This document shows positions 30,238 through 41,052 of a stretch of 64,000 nt of DNA, piece after piece. Within the stretch, counting starts at the first letter, position 1, and each line of letters opens with the position of its first letter. The notes beneath the pieces are model-generated. The model saw nothing but the letters and a program-made list of their open reading frames with translations, had not been told where the DNA came from and ran no database searches. Origin of the DNA: Bacteroidota bacterium (GTDB lineage Bacteria > Bacteroidota > Bacteroidia > Bacteroidales > VadinHA17); assembly GCA_016718875.1 (NCBI GenBank), contig JADKBL010000005.1, positions 26,172 through 90,171 of the forward strand, given 5' to 3'. The position numbers were made by a program, and so were the translations under genes.

Positions 30238-31323
30238 ATGACAACGGACCACCATTACAATCTTGTCAGCAAACTGAAACCTGGAAGAATAATCCTTCCG
30301 ATTTTTCTTGGGCTGGCTATTGTTGGATGGTTTATATTCACTGAAATTAATACAGCTTTTATAACCCGGCTAGTATTTACCTGGAAATCTGCATTCTGGA
30401 TACTTGTTGCCTGGTTGTGCATGGTCGGTCGCGACCTTGGCTATATGATCAGAATAAGAATTCTTACCGAAAAGGATTTAACATGGCGTCAGGCTTTCAG
30501 GGTAATAATGCTATGGGAATTCACTTCAGCAATAACACCTTCAACAGTTGGAGGAACTGCGGTTGCTGTTGTATTTCTTCACAAGGAAGGAATAAGCATT
30601 GGACGAAGTACATCTGTAGTACTTGCGACTTCGTTCCTTGATGAACTCTATTTTGTTATTATGCTGCCCCTCATAATTCTGCTTGTTGGCAAAGATGCAT
30701 TATTCATAACCTCTCTTCAGGGAACCGGAATGGCATTTCTGAATAAGCTTCTTATCTTTACCGCCATAGGGTATGGTATTATCTTATTGTGGGTCATACT
30801 TGTAGGATATGGTCTTTTTATAAATCCCGAAGGCATACGTAAACTTCTTACAGGGTTTTTCAAACTACCGTTTTTAAAAAGATTTTATAATGCTGCTTTG
30901 AAAGCAGGAGATGATATCGTTGAGAGTTCAAATCAGCTGAGCAAGAAAAACCTGATGTTCTGGATTAAGGCATTCACTTCAACATTCCTTTCATGGACAT
31001 CAAGATACTGGGTAGTGAATGCTATACTTGTTGCGTTTTTTTCTGTTGGTGATCATTTTCTGATATTTGCCCGACAGCTGGTAACATGGATTATGATGAT
31101 AATTAGCCCTTCACCGGGGGGGAGCGGTTTTGCTGAACTCATACTTAGCCGGTATATTTCAGATGCAATACCAGGAGAAGCCGCTATAGCTGGCAGCATA
31201 GCCCTTGCTATTGCAATTATTTGGAGATTATTAAGTTATTACCCCTATCTGATTATAGGTGCATTCATCGTACCCGGATGGATAGAAAGAAATTTTATCA
31301 AGCCGGTCAGTAAAAAGAAATAG
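30238..31323 (+). CDS. Flippase-like (LPG-synthase TM / UPF0104) membrane protein
   Basis: Polytopic, with the characteristic SPSPGGSGFAE motif. Confidence 0.7.
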   Translation: MTTDHHYNLVSKLKPGRIILPIFLGLAIVGWFIFTEINTAFITRLVFTWKSAFWILVAWLCMVGRDLGYMIRIRILTEKDLTWRQAFRVIMLWEFTSAITPSTVGGTAVAVVFLHKEGISIGRSTSVVLATSFLDELYFVIMLPLIILLVGKDALFITSLQGTGMAFLNKLLIFTAIGYGIILLWVILVGYGLFINPEGIRKLLTGFFKLPFLKRFYNAALKAGDDIVESSNQLSKKNLMFWIKAFTSTFLSWTSRYWVVNAILVAFFSVGDHFLIFARQLVTWIMMIISPSPGGSGFAELILSRYISDAIPGEAAIAGSIALAIAIIWRLLSYYPYLIIGAFIVPGWIERNFIKPVSKKK

Positions 31324-31371
31324 TTTTTTGCTAAATTAGGTGTTTGGTCAAGTAGCAAGATCTGCTGAAGT

Positions 31372-34300
31372 ATGAGTGAGGAGATTCTGAAAGCACTAAT
31401 GGAGTTGTTTGCCCTGATCGTCAAGCAGGATGGGGGTATGACTTCAAATGAGAGAGAGTATGTGTTTGATTTTCTCAGAAAACAACTCACCAGTGAATCT
31501 GTAAAAGAATATCTTGGCTTGTTCGATGAACATGCCGGACCTGTAACATCTAAACTTACTGAGAAAGCACCTGCGGTCCCTTCTGTAAAAGATTCCGTCA
31601 AGATCTTTGCAATCTGTAAAAAAATAAATAAAACACTGAATCAGGTACAGAAAGTTGTCGTCCTGGTGAGGCTCTATGAACTTATCAACGCTGACGGGCA
31701 GTTCACTCCACAGCGAATGAATATTATAAATACTGTAGCTGAGGTATTCAGAATTTCCGCTACTGAATTTGCGGCAACAGAACAATTCGTAAAGAACGAA
31801 ACCCCTGATAAATTATTTAACCCTGTAATTCTGATGCTCAGTCCTGAGGATGAGGAATGCGATTATTGTAAAAAGCTCCTTTCAGGATATCATGAAACCA
31901 GGATCTATGTTCTCAGAATTGCAAGCGTTGATCTGTATTTTGTCAAGTACTACTCAAAAGATCAGCTTTATCTTAATGGTCTTCCGATAAGTGCCGGACA
32001 GGTTTATACATTTGCCAAGGGTGGATCTATCAAATCGCAGTTTGGCCAGCCGATTTATTACAGTGATGTAAGTTCACACTTCCTTTCTGATATTATCATA
32101 CACAAGATATCTTATAATGTCGAAAATCTTTCCTATAAATTCGGCGAAGGACAAACTGCAATTAACAATATCAGTTTTTCGGTTGAAGAGGGAAAGCTGA
32201 TCGGAATTATGGGAGCCAGTGGTTCAGGCAAGACGACCCTGCTCAACCTGATGAGCGGTATTCAGAAACCTACTTCCGGAAAAATCAGGATCAACGGGCT
32301 CGATTTAATTGAAAACAGCAGAAATCTTGAAGGCGTCATTGGATATGTACCTCAGGACGACCTCCTTATAGAAGACCTTACCGTTTTTGAAAACCTCTTT
32401 TTTGCTGCCTGCCAGTGCTTCAGAAACAAGACAAGGGAAGAAATTTCATTAATAGTAGATAAAACACTTGCCAATCTTGGCCTCCTTGAAAAGAGAGAAC
32501 TCAAAGTTGGTTCTCCTTTTAATAAGGTCATCAGCGGAGGTCAGAGAAAAAGACTCAATATCGCCCTCGAGCTAATAAGAGAACCACTGGTTCTGTTTCT
32601 GGATGAGCCTACATCCGGACTTTCTTCAAGAGATTCTGAAAATCTTATGGATCTCCTGAGGGATCTCACCCTTAAAGGAAAACTTATATTCACTGTAATA
32701 CATCAGCCTTCTTCGGAAATATTCAAGATGTTCGATAAGGTTATTATACTCGATCAGGGTGGATATATGGCATGGTTCGGCAATCCTGTTGATGCTGTTG
32801 TGCATTTCAAAACATCTGACCTGCAGATAAATTCAACTCAGGGAGAGTGTCCATCCTGCGGAAATGTTAATCCGGAGACTATATTTAATATAATTGAAAC
32901 CCAGGTTGTTGATGAATTTGGAAAATATACAGAACGAAGAAAAGTAAAACCTGTTGAATGGGCAGGCAGTTTTAAATCAAAATACCCTTATAAATCAGTA
33001 CCTGAGGTAAAAGAACCTCCTCATAAAAACCTTGACAGGCCTGGAAAATTAAGGCAGTTCATTATTTACCTCGAAAGAGATATCAGCAGTAAAATAGCTA
33101 ATCGTCAATATCTGTTGCTTACACTTCTGGAAGCACCCATACTTGGCTTTGTTCTTTCATTTATTATCAGGTATATCCCTGATCCGAAATCAGATATTTA
33201 TATTTTTTCAGAAAATGAGAATATTCCGATCTATATTTTCATGAGTCTTATTGTTGCACTTTTTCTGGGACTTACAATCAGTGCCGAGGAGATTTTCAGG
33301 GACCGGAAAATTCTAAAAAGGGAAAGATTTCTCAACCTGAGCAGAGGCAGCTACCTTATTTCAAAAGTGGCAATTCTTATTATAATATCAGCAGTCCAGT
33401 CACTACTTTTCATCATAATTGGCAACCCGATACTGGGAATCAAAGGACTTTATTTCAATTACTGGCTTGCCCTGTTTACAACGGCGTTCTGTGCTAATAT
33501 GCTTGGCCTGAATATTTCTGCTTCATTCAATTCGGCAATTACAATTTATATCGTTATCCCCCTTCTGATAATACCAATGATGGTACTCAGTGGAGCCATG
33601 TTCCCTTTTGACAAGCTTAACAGGGTGATCGGCAATATTGATAAGGTTCCTGTTATAGCGGAGATCATGCCTACAAGGTGGACATATGAAGCACTGATTG
33701 TAAGTCAGTTCAAGGATAACAAGTACAGCAGGGTGCCTTACACAAAAGAGGGCCGGACTTATTTTCAGATCCAGATGGACATCAGCAGGGCTGAATTCAA
33801 TAAAGTACATAGGATTAAAACTTTGCGGGATGCACTTGAAATCACATTGTCAGAATACAGAACCCATATTAGAAATTCAAGTCTGAATTCTGATCAGGCT
33901 GTCAGAAAAAATAATACTCAATATAGCAAACTTGCACTATTGAGGAACGAATTCTGGAGAATGGCATCTTATTACAAAATTGAACAATTTGTTTACCTAG
34001 ACAGGCTCAACACGGGTAATTTTGATCTTGAGGTTGCAGATTCGGCCGGGAAATACCTTGACAGGCTCGACCGGCATTTCAGTATAATATCAAATAGTTC
34101 AAGTGATATTAAAGACAGATTCTATAATGCAAATTCTGCCCTGCTCAAAAAGCTTGAGGATGATTATTTCAACTATAAGCTGCAGGAACTTGTTACCAAA
34201 CCATATGAGAGAAAGAAAATACTTGAATACAACAATACCCTGATTCAGAATACTGATCCTATATATCTGGAGCCTGATAAAAACGGGCCCTTTGGATTCA

Positions 34301-34479
34301 GAACACATTTTTATGCCCCTTCAAAGAATATTTTCGGTTTTAAAGTCAACACATTTATATTTAATATTATCCTGGTCCTGCTTAGTACAATCATACTCTA
34401 TGGAGCTTTATACTATGAGCTGCTGGGCAAGGTTGTCAGTTCTATTGATAATTTAAAATTCCGAAAAAAGGTTTTATAG
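31372..34479 (+). CDS. Fused ABC exporter. Layout: TerB-like N-domain, a weakly FHA-like linker, ABC ATPase, ABC-2 type permease, a helical C-extension and a terminal TM helix.
   Basis: Two TerB-like repeats (LIVKQDGGMTSNEREYVFDFL and LINADGQFTPQRMNIINTVAEVF). Walker A GASGSGKTT, signature ISGGQRKR and Walker B LFLDEPTSGLS. About 6 TM helices span aa 560-790, followed by a 230-aa soluble tail and a last TM helix. Confidence 0.8.
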   Translation: MSEEILKALMELFALIVKQDGGMTSNEREYVFDFLRKQLTSESVKEYLGLFDEHAGPVTSKLTEKAPAVPSVKDSVKIFAICKKINKTLNQVQKVVVLVRLYELINADGQFTPQRMNIINTVAEVFRISATEFAATEQFVKNETPDKLFNPVILMLSPEDEECDYCKKLLSGYHETRIYVLRIASVDLYFVKYYSKDQLYLNGLPISAGQVYTFAKGGSIKSQFGQPIYYSDVSSHFLSDIIIHKISYNVENLSYKFGEGQTAINNISFSVEEGKLIGIMGASGSGKTTLLNLMSGIQKPTSGKIRINGLDLIENSRNLEGVIGYVPQDDLLIEDLTVFENLFFAACQCFRNKTREEISLIVDKTLANLGLLEKRELKVGSPFNKVISGGQRKRLNIALELIREPLVLFLDEPTSGLSSRDSENLMDLLRDLTLKGKLIFTVIHQPSSEIFKMFDKVIILDQGGYMAWFGNPVDAVVHFKTSDLQINSTQGECPSCGNVNPETIFNIIETQVVDEFGKYTERRKVKPVEWAGSFKSKYPYKSVPEVKEPPHKNLDRPGKLRQFIIYLERDISSKIANRQYLLLTLLEAPILGFVLSFIIRYIPDPKSDIYIFSENENIPIYIFMSLIVALFLGLTISAEEIFRDRKILKRERFLNLSRGSYLISKVAILIIISAVQSLLFIIIGNPILGIKGLYFNYWLALFTTAFCANMLGLNISASFNSAITIYIVIPLLIIPMMVLSGAMFPFDKLNRVIGNIDKVPVIAEIMPTRWTYEALIVSQFKDNKYSRVPYTKEGRTYFQIQMDISRAEFNKVHRIKTLRDALEITLSEYRTHIRNSSLNSDQAVRKNNTQYSKLALLRNEFWRMASYYKIEQFVYLDRLNTGNFDLEVADSAGKYLDRLDRHFSIISNSSSDIKDRFYNANSALLKKLEDDYFNYKLQELVTKPYERKKILEYNNTLIQNTDPIYLEPDKNGPFGFRTHFYAPSKNIFGFKVNTFIFNIILVLLSTIILYGALYYELLGKVVSSIDNLKFRKKVL

Positions 34480-34524
34480 TGTTGTTAGGTAGTTTTTTTG
34501 TATTTTTGTAATATAAGGAAGCCT

Positions 34525-35436
34525 ATGAAGGGTAAAATTATTTTCTTAGTTATTACTATCGTTCTTGGGATTTCATGCAGAAACAGCGGAACGAAAGGAG
34601 CAGAATTTGTATTCCCCGAGGCTGACTCTGTTCCATTGTCAGAGGCTGAAAAACTTAGCCCTGAGGCGATCGAGGATATTGCAAAGAATATATCCTCTCC
34701 CGTAGAGATTGCTAACCTCCTGCAAATGCTGGAAGTTCCATTCTCCCAGGATTACCTTGCTGCATCCATTGATGCCAACAAGGAGAGTACTAATTTCAAC
34801 AAGGCAATGAAGCTGGGAATCCTGGGTGCAGACCTGGGGTACCTGAATATGTATGAAAAAACAGGCTCATCCCTTGAAGTGCTGTCATCCATCAGAAAAC
34901 TTGCTGAAGATATCAAAGTTGGCCAGTTTTTTGATTTCGAAACAATTAAGAAACTTTCACAAAACAAATCCAATCTCGACTCTCTCCTGTTTATTTCAAT
35001 TGATTCATATGAACAGATAGATAATTATCTACGGAGCAATGACCGGGGGCATCTTTCAGCGCTTATGATCATAGGTGTTTGGATCGAAGGTCAATATCTT
35101 GCAACTCAGGTTGTGAACAAATATCCCGATAAAATCCTAAGGGACAGAATAGGCGAGCAAAAGATCATTCTTAACGACCTTTTAATGCTCATTACCCCTT
35201 ACTGCAATAACAGTCAGGAATTTACATCGCTCTGCAAAGACCTTAATATTTTAAAGGATAAATATCGCGACATAAGGATTACCTATACCCAGGGAGAACC
35301 TGTTGCATCTGAAAAAGATGGAGGACTAGTTATAACACAAACTGAAACCAGTGTTGTGGAAATGACCGACGAACAACTCAAAGGTTTGATCGGGATAACA
35401 AGCGAGATCAGGAACAGACTGATATTAAATGATTAA
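34525..35436 (+). CDS. Hypothetical lipoprotein (predicted mostly helical)
   Basis: MKGKIIFLVITIVLGISC lipobox. No known motif. Confidence 0.55.
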   Translation: MKGKIIFLVITIVLGISCRNSGTKGAEFVFPEADSVPLSEAEKLSPEAIEDIAKNISSPVEIANLLQMLEVPFSQDYLAASIDANKESTNFNKAMKLGILGADLGYLNMYEKTGSSLEVLSSIRKLAEDIKVGQFFDFETIKKLSQNKSNLDSLLFISIDSYEQIDNYLRSNDRGHLSALMIIGVWIEGQYLATQVVNKYPDKILRDRIGEQKIILNDLLMLITPYCNNSQEFTSLCKDLNILKDKYRDIRITYTQGEPVASEKDGGLVITQTETSVVEMTDEQLKGLIGITSEIRNRLILND

Positions 35437-35437
35437 C

Positions 35438-35872
35438 ATGAAAAGATATTTAATTACCATTTCATTATTGCTTTCATTTGGATTGCTGCTGACCGGCCAG
35501 TCATCAGATCCTTTTGTAAGCAAATGTGTGATGAATGCCGGCAATGATGCCAAGTATCTTAAAGATTTCAGAATCCAGCTCGGTAAAGCCACAGCACAGA
35601 ATGAACTCAGGTACAAGGCAAACATGTCGCTCTGGAAAAATACCAAGTACAGATTCACAATGTGCAGCACTGACGACTCAAAAGGTCAGCTTTTCCTAAG
35701 CATAAAGGATGATGCCAACAAAGTGGTTCTGTCATCTTATGATAAGAACAGCGGGAAAACATATCCCTTTGTTGATTTTGTATGTAATAAAAGCGGTATC
35801 TACCAGCTCAACTTCGATTTTACTGATGGGCAGCAGGGATCAGGGGTAGGTGTAGTATCAATGGTAAAATAA
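35438..35872 (+). CDS. Small secreted protein, function unknown
   Basis: MKRYLITISLLLSFGLLLTGQ signal peptide. Starts 1 nt after the preceding stop. Confidence 0.5.
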   Translation: MKRYLITISLLLSFGLLLTGQSSDPFVSKCVMNAGNDAKYLKDFRIQLGKATAQNELRYKANMSLWKNTKYRFTMCSTDDSKGQLFLSIKDDANKVVLSSYDKNSGKTYPFVDFVCNKSGIYQLNFDFTDGQQGSGVGVVSMVK

Positions 35873-35878
35873 AGGTCC

Positions 35879-36877
35879 CTAAAGAAAGATATACAGAGAT
35901 TGGATCAATAAAACAAGGGCGAGTAAGGCTGTAAAAAATATTTCTGAAACAATTTTCCTTTTGCCATAAATAAACTGGTGCGACAGAAAATAGCTTACCG
36001 GAATTCCTGAAATCCATATTATCTCAACTGAAGCAGAAGGAACTGCAAGGTATACAGCAAGTGATATTATAAAAACCCAAATCAGGAGAGCAAATGTCTT
36101 TCTTGTTTTAATCTTTTTTGTATTCTGAAGCATAATGATATAGCCAATACTGATAAGAATTATTATTGCCTCAAAAATCAGGGTCACAATGGTAAGCCTC
36201 GGAAAGTTATAGACAGATGACCTTGAGAAGAGATTATCATAAATCAAAGTCAACAGTTCATTAAGATTATTCCCAAGAACATAAAAAAGTCCGAAAGTAA
36301 CAAGGTAAGGTGTAATAAGCCCCAGAAGAGTAATTGCTATTTCTGATAAGGTTACTGTCCTTAAAAGTAAAATACCTGTAATTACAATTACTCCAAACCA
36401 GATAAGATTGGCATAGAAAAGGCTTCCTGTGCTTATCAGTATACCTGCATCAAAAAAGTTATATCCAACTCCCTGTTTGTGATACCCTGCCATAATCCTT
36501 TTTATGGCAAACATCAGCAGTAATGAGGCAGGTAAAGCAGGATTCAACTTTTGGTACTCAGGGAAAATAACTACAATCAGAAGATACAGAAGAGCCGGGA
36601 GGAAGGTTCGCTCATTGATAAAGAAAATATCAGTATTGAAATTAATTATCAGGAATACAAGTAAAACTGCTATTGAAAGGGAAAAGATAACTGAAGTTAA
36701 ATGACCTTTACCCAGGAGATTAAGCAGCAAGCTGTAAAGTGGCATATGAATTTCATTCCCATTATTTTGTGCTAATGATACAGGATTAATGAATGCGCTG
36801 ACCCAGAGAACTGCAAAGGCAACAGCAATAAAAAAAATTACAGCCGGACTTGTCCCTTTAAAGAATTTTAATAACAT
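35879..36877 (-). CDS. Polytopic membrane protein of unknown function
   Basis: About 9 hydrophobic helices, immediately downstream of purD on the same strand. Confidence 0.6.
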   Translation of the reverse strand: MLLKFFKGTSPAVIFFIAVAFAVLWVSAFINPVSLAQNNGNEIHMPLYSLLLNLLGKGHLTSVIFSLSIAVLLVFLIINFNTDIFFINERTFLPALLYLLIVVIFPEYQKLNPALPASLLLMFAIKRIMAGYHKQGVGYNFFDAGILISTGSLFYANLIWFGVIVITGILLLRTVTLSEIAITLLGLITPYLVTFGLFYVLGNNLNELLTLIYDNLFSRSSVYNFPRLTIVTLIFEAIIILISIGYIIMLQNTKKIKTRKTFALLIWVFIISLAVYLAVPSASVEIIWISGIPVSYFLSHQFIYGKRKIVSEIFFTALLALVLLIQSLYIFL

Positions 36878-36883
36878 GAAATT

Positions 36884-38152
36884 TTATAAATCAAATCCAA
36901 TATCATTCCGGAAATACATTCCTTCGAAATTAATAAATGATAAATTATGATAAGAAAAAGCAAGAGCTTCCTTGATAGATTTTCCCCATGATGTTACAGC
37001 AAGTACCCTTCCACCTGATGTAATAACCTCATCAGTTTTCTTACTTGTTCCAGCATGAAATACGACGCTTCCTGCTACATTATTTAATCCGGTTACAACT
37101 TTCCCTTTGACATATTCACCTGGATAACCGCCTGATACTGCCATTACAGTTGTTGCAACCCTGTCGTCAAATTCCACAGTTCTGATATGCAGATCGCCCT
37201 TTGCAACACCCTCTATTAATTCGAACATATCTGATTTGATGCGGGGAATTACAACTTCCGATTCAGGATCCCCAAGACGGGCATTGTATTCAATAACATA
37301 GGGATCCCCTTTTACATTTATCAATCCAAAAAATATAAACCCCTTATATGTAATATTTTCTTTTGCCAGTCCTTCCATAGTCGGATCAATTATTCTTTGC
37401 CGAACCTTATCCATAAATTTATTGTCAGCAAATGGCACCGGAGATACTGCTCCCATTCCTCCTGTATTCAATCCTGTGTCTCCCTCTCCTACTCTTTTGT
37501 AATCCTTTGCTTCCGGTAATAGTTTGTATGTCCTGCCATCAGTAATTATAAAGACTGAAAGCTCAATTCCTTTGAGAAACTCCTCAATAACAACCTTATT
37601 TCCTGCTTTCCCGAATTTTCCGTTCAGTATCGATTTAACCTCTTCCTCAGCTTCCTCCAGGTTTTCAATAATCAGCACTCCTTTGCCAGCTGCTAGCCCA
37701 TCAGCTTTAATAACATAAGGAGGGGATAATGTCTTAAGAAATGAATGAACTTCACCAGCCGTTTCCTTATCAAAACTTCTGTATGATGCAGTAGGAATAT
37801 TGTTTCTGGTCAGAAATTCCTTGGCAAAATCTTTACTGCCTTCAAGTCTGGCTGCTGACTTATCAGGACCAATAACCGGAATATTTCTGATATCAGGGTC
37901 CGCAAGAAAGAAATCATGAATCCCATCAACTAAAGGAGCTTCAGGGCCTACAATTACGATATCAATCCTGTTTTCAAGTACAGCTTTCTTAACCTCAGTA
38001 AAATTTCCGGGATCAACGTTCAGATTTGTTCCTGATACCGAAGTACCAGCGTTTCCTGGTGCAATAAATATCCTGCTGACTTTTTTACTCTGTGCCAGTT
38101 TCCATGTAAGTGCATGTTCTCTGCCACCTGATCCAAGAATTAGAAGATTCAT
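36884..38152 (-). CDS. purD: Phosphoribosylamine--glycine ligase
   Basis: MNLLILGSGGREHALTWKL, ATP-grasp blocks, and EYNARLGDPE. Confidence 0.95.
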   Translation of the reverse strand: MNLLILGSGGREHALTWKLAQSKKVSRIFIAPGNAGTSVSGTNLNVDPGNFTEVKKAVLENRIDIVIVGPEAPLVDGIHDFFLADPDIRNIPVIGPDKSAARLEGSKDFAKEFLTRNNIPTASYRSFDKETAGEVHSFLKTLSPPYVIKADGLAAGKGVLIIENLEEAEEEVKSILNGKFGKAGNKVVIEEFLKGIELSVFIITDGRTYKLLPEAKDYKRVGEGDTGLNTGGMGAVSPVPFADNKFMDKVRQRIIDPTMEGLAKENITYKGFIFFGLINVKGDPYVIEYNARLGDPESEVVIPRIKSDMFELIEGVAKGDLHIRTVEFDDRVATTVMAVSGGYPGEYVKGKVVTGLNNVAGSVVFHAGTSKKTDEVITSGGRVLAVTSWGKSIKEALAFSYHNLSFINFEGMYFRNDIGFDL

Positions 38153-38223
38153 CTGAACGGGTTTTTATGTAATTCAAATGTAGCATTTCAGACGCAGAAA
38201 CAAAACTGCAATCTTACCTTGAG

Positions 38224-39090
38224 TCAGCCTCCTTCATTCATCTGATAATACTTCGAAAATGTCTGCATTACAGTTTCAACATAAGTTTTCGAAACAGGAA
38301 TATCTGTAATTGATAAATTGTCAAATTCGAGTTTTAACCCGTCCCTGTCCCTTCGGATTACCTTAACTTTCTCAAAATTAACCATATAAGAACGATGACA
38401 TCGTATAACATCTGATCCTGCAAAACTCTCCTCAACTTTTTTGAGAGTATCCCTCAACAGGTACTTTGAAACCTTTCCCTTATTCAGATAACATATTGAA
38501 ACATAATTTTCGGCAGATTCGAGATATAAAAGATTTTCCTTCTTGACTGAAAACTTAAGTATTCCCTTATCATCATAAAAAGGGATCATATCTCTCGTAT
38601 TCGTAGACATTGACTGGCTATCTGCAAGCCTTTCTATTTGTTCCTTTTTATCCCGCCATGAAAAATAAAGCCATAGAACTGAATACGGAAGAAGCAGAAC
38701 CAGGGCAGTATATCGTGATGACGATTTCACAAGATCAGTAAATAATCTCGGGTCCTTTAAAACTACTTTCTGAAATAGTCCGTAGAACAATGACATTGAA
38801 AGGACCTCTGCTAAAATCCAGACCAGGTATTGCCAGATCCTGATCGAATTCAGCTTGCTGACATTATACATTATTATACGGCTTACGACAACGACAAGAA
38901 CACCTGTAAGAATGGTAAGACTTGAAAAGGTGAAAAACTGGAGTTTTGTCAGAATGTACCATTTATCAGCTCCGAAAGGCTCATAAATATTTATGAAAAC
39001 TAATGCAAATAACGATGTGAACATAATCAGCCTCACAATATTACCCTTTTCATTCAAATAGGGAGGAGCCGGTTTTTCAAAGTCAACCAT
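38224..39090 (-). CDS. Membrane-anchored LytTR-domain DNA-binding protein
   Basis: Four N-terminal TM helices, and a C-terminal LytTR block LYLESAENYVSICYLNKGKVSKYLLRDTLKKVEE..IRCHRSYMVNFEKV. Confidence 0.75.
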   Translation of the reverse strand: MVDFEKPAPPYLNEKGNIVRLIMFTSLFALVFINIYEPFGADKWYILTKLQFFTFSSLTILTGVLVVVVSRIIMYNVSKLNSIRIWQYLVWILAEVLSMSLFYGLFQKVVLKDPRLFTDLVKSSSRYTALVLLLPYSVLWLYFSWRDKKEQIERLADSQSMSTNTRDMIPFYDDKGILKFSVKKENLLYLESAENYVSICYLNKGKVSKYLLRDTLKKVEESFAGSDVIRCHRSYMVNFEKVKVIRRDRDGLKLEFDNLSITDIPVSKTYVETVMQTFSKYYQMNEGG

Positions 39091-39307
39091 CGGTTTTCAT
39101 TTTGATTTGACAAATTTAACTTTTTTACCGTCAGATGTGAATTCAGTTATCCTTTTTGGTGTAAAACTGTTACCTGTTTCATCCCAAATAGATAAATTCT
39201 GTCACACATTTGATCATTTCATCCCTCTGCAGGGCCGCTTGCAACATAAATTTGCGAACCATTTTTCCCTGGTTTTTATTTGCACCATAAATTCGCCATC
39301 CGCTAAC

Positions 39308-40432
39308 ATGAACTATACAAATAGCTATACTGAACTGAAATCACAATTTAATCCGGCCCTGAATCAAATTTACCTTTCCCGTTCAGGTGTCAGAATTAAT
39401 AATATTAGTTTTCAGACAGGTTTCGCACAGGATGACTTTGTTAACTGCAATGACCAGTTAATATCTGAAAACAGTTCCTTTTCATATCCTGTATTCTCTC
39501 CGCCTGTAAAAAGTAATAAGGTAATTCTTCTTCTTCACGGACTAAATGAAAGAAGCTGGGTTAAGTATCTTGCCTGGGCACAATGGCTTTCAGAAAATAC
39601 ATCAAGCTATGTAATCCTTTTTCCGATTGCCTTTCACATAAACAGATCACCCGAAGCATGGAAAGATCCGAGAAGCATGGTGCATGATGTACAGACCAGG
39701 AACTCAGAAATCGGGAAAAGTGAAATGTTAAGTTTTGCCAATGTTGCCTTAAGCAACAGGCTGACTGAAGATCCTATGCGTTTCTTCAATTCCGGACAGC
39801 AGACAGCTTCTGATCTGGTCAGGCTGCTTAAGACTATCCGGACAGGCAGACATGAAATAATTCCTGAAGGCTGTCATCTTAATATTTTCGCTTACTCCAT
39901 AGGTGCGTTCCTCGCAGAAATCCTGATGTTATCAGATCCTGAAAACCTCTTTTCAGAATCCCGACTCTTTATTTTCTGCGGCGGATCGGTTTTCAGCAAT
40001 ATGAACGGGCGATCCAAACTTATTATGGACAGCCATGCGTTTGATAAAGTGTATAACTTTTATCTGAATGAATTCGAGGATAGTATTAAAGTAAAGAGCA
40101 GAATTTCTGAGTTTCTCAGCTCCACACAAATAGGAATGGCATTTCGCTCAATGATTGACAAAAGCAGACTGAGGTCATTCAGGGAAAACAGATTCAGGAA
40201 GCTAAAAGACCAGCTCCGGTGTATTGTTCTCTCCAGGGATAATGTTATACCTGCAGCCGGAGTAATTGCTACATTAAGTGAAACCAGCTGCAGGAATACC
40301 GTTAAAGTTCTTGATTTTCCATTCACCTATTCACATGAAAATCCCTTTCCTGTCTTCAATACATCAGAAAGTGACCTTGTTGACCGAAACTTTGAGTTGA
40401 TTTTTGAGGAGGCTGCATTATTTTTCAGCTAA
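39308..40432 (+). CDS. Alpha/beta-hydrolase-fold protein, function unknown
   Basis: LLLHGLNERSW and the nucleophile-elbow-like AYSIGAF. Start set at MNYTNSYTELK, since the upstream in-frame part of the track ORF looks non-coding. Confidence 0.55.
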   Translation: MNYTNSYTELKSQFNPALNQIYLSRSGVRINNISFQTGFAQDDFVNCNDQLISENSSFSYPVFSPPVKSNKVILLLHGLNERSWVKYLAWAQWLSENTSSYVILFPIAFHINRSPEAWKDPRSMVHDVQTRNSEIGKSEMLSFANVALSNRLTEDPMRFFNSGQQTASDLVRLLKTIRTGRHEIIPEGCHLNIFAYSIGAFLAEILMLSDPENLFSESRLFIFCGGSVFSNMNGRSKLIMDSHAFDKVYNFYLNEFEDSIKVKSRISEFLSSTQIGMAFRSMIDKSRLRSFRENRFRKLKDQLRCIVLSRDNVIPAAGVIATLSETSCRNTVKVLDFPFTYSHENPFPVFNTSESDLVDRNFELIFEEAALFFS

Positions 40433-40446
40433 ACTCATACTGAAAA

Positions 40447-41051
40447 TTATTCAGGAAGGACAAAACTGTAACCATTTTTCTTTGCTTCCACGATAAACAT
40501 ATCGAGATACAAGTGAGAGCTTGAATCAGGTGAGTCATGAAGTGCAATAACCGAACCTGGTCTGATCCTGTTCATAAGCACTTTGAGAGACTCTTCCCAA
40601 TGAAATGATTTGTCATAATCATAAGGCATTACATCCCAAAATACTATTTTAAAATGCCTTTTCAGCTTAAAATACTGGCATAAGCTCAGTCTTCCATATG
40701 GAGGCCGGAAAAATCTGCCCTGTATAAATTTAGAAGCTTTTAAAATATCATCTTTGTATTTCTTTTGTGGGGTTCGCCATCCATCCAAATGAGAATAACT
40801 ATGATTGCCTGTAATATGCCCGCCTGAAAGGATTTGCTGAATCAGTTCAGGATATCTTTCTGCATTCTTTCCGCAGCAAAAAAAAATAGCTTTAATGTTA
40901 TGATTTTCCAGTATTCTGAGAATGGCAGTCGTAGCTGAGGGATCCGGGCCGTCATCAAAAGTGAGGCATAAAACTTCTTTTCCGTATTCATCCGGAAAAG
41001 AGCTTCAGGATAGATCCACCTGGCAAAGAGCCATGGACTGAAGATCCTCAT
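40447..41051 (-). pseudogene. Polysaccharide deacetylase (NodB-type), frameshifted as assembled
   Basis: The middle frame reads KEVLCLTFDDGPDPSATTAILRILENHNIKAIFFCCGKNAERYPELIQQILSGGHITGNHSYSHLDGWRT, joining ORFs 40842-41051 and 40447-40788. The shift is at the T4 run 40978-40981. Confidence 0.85.
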
Positions 41052-41052
41052 A

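Noticed and set aside
40878-40886. A9 run inside the deacetylase coding region as a phase-variation switch (also A9 at about 25568-25576 in the permease)
   Set aside because: Both runs are in frame as assembled, encoding ..IFFCC.. and ..KKK... The actual frame break in the deacetylase lies elsewhere. There is no evidence for length variation without read data.
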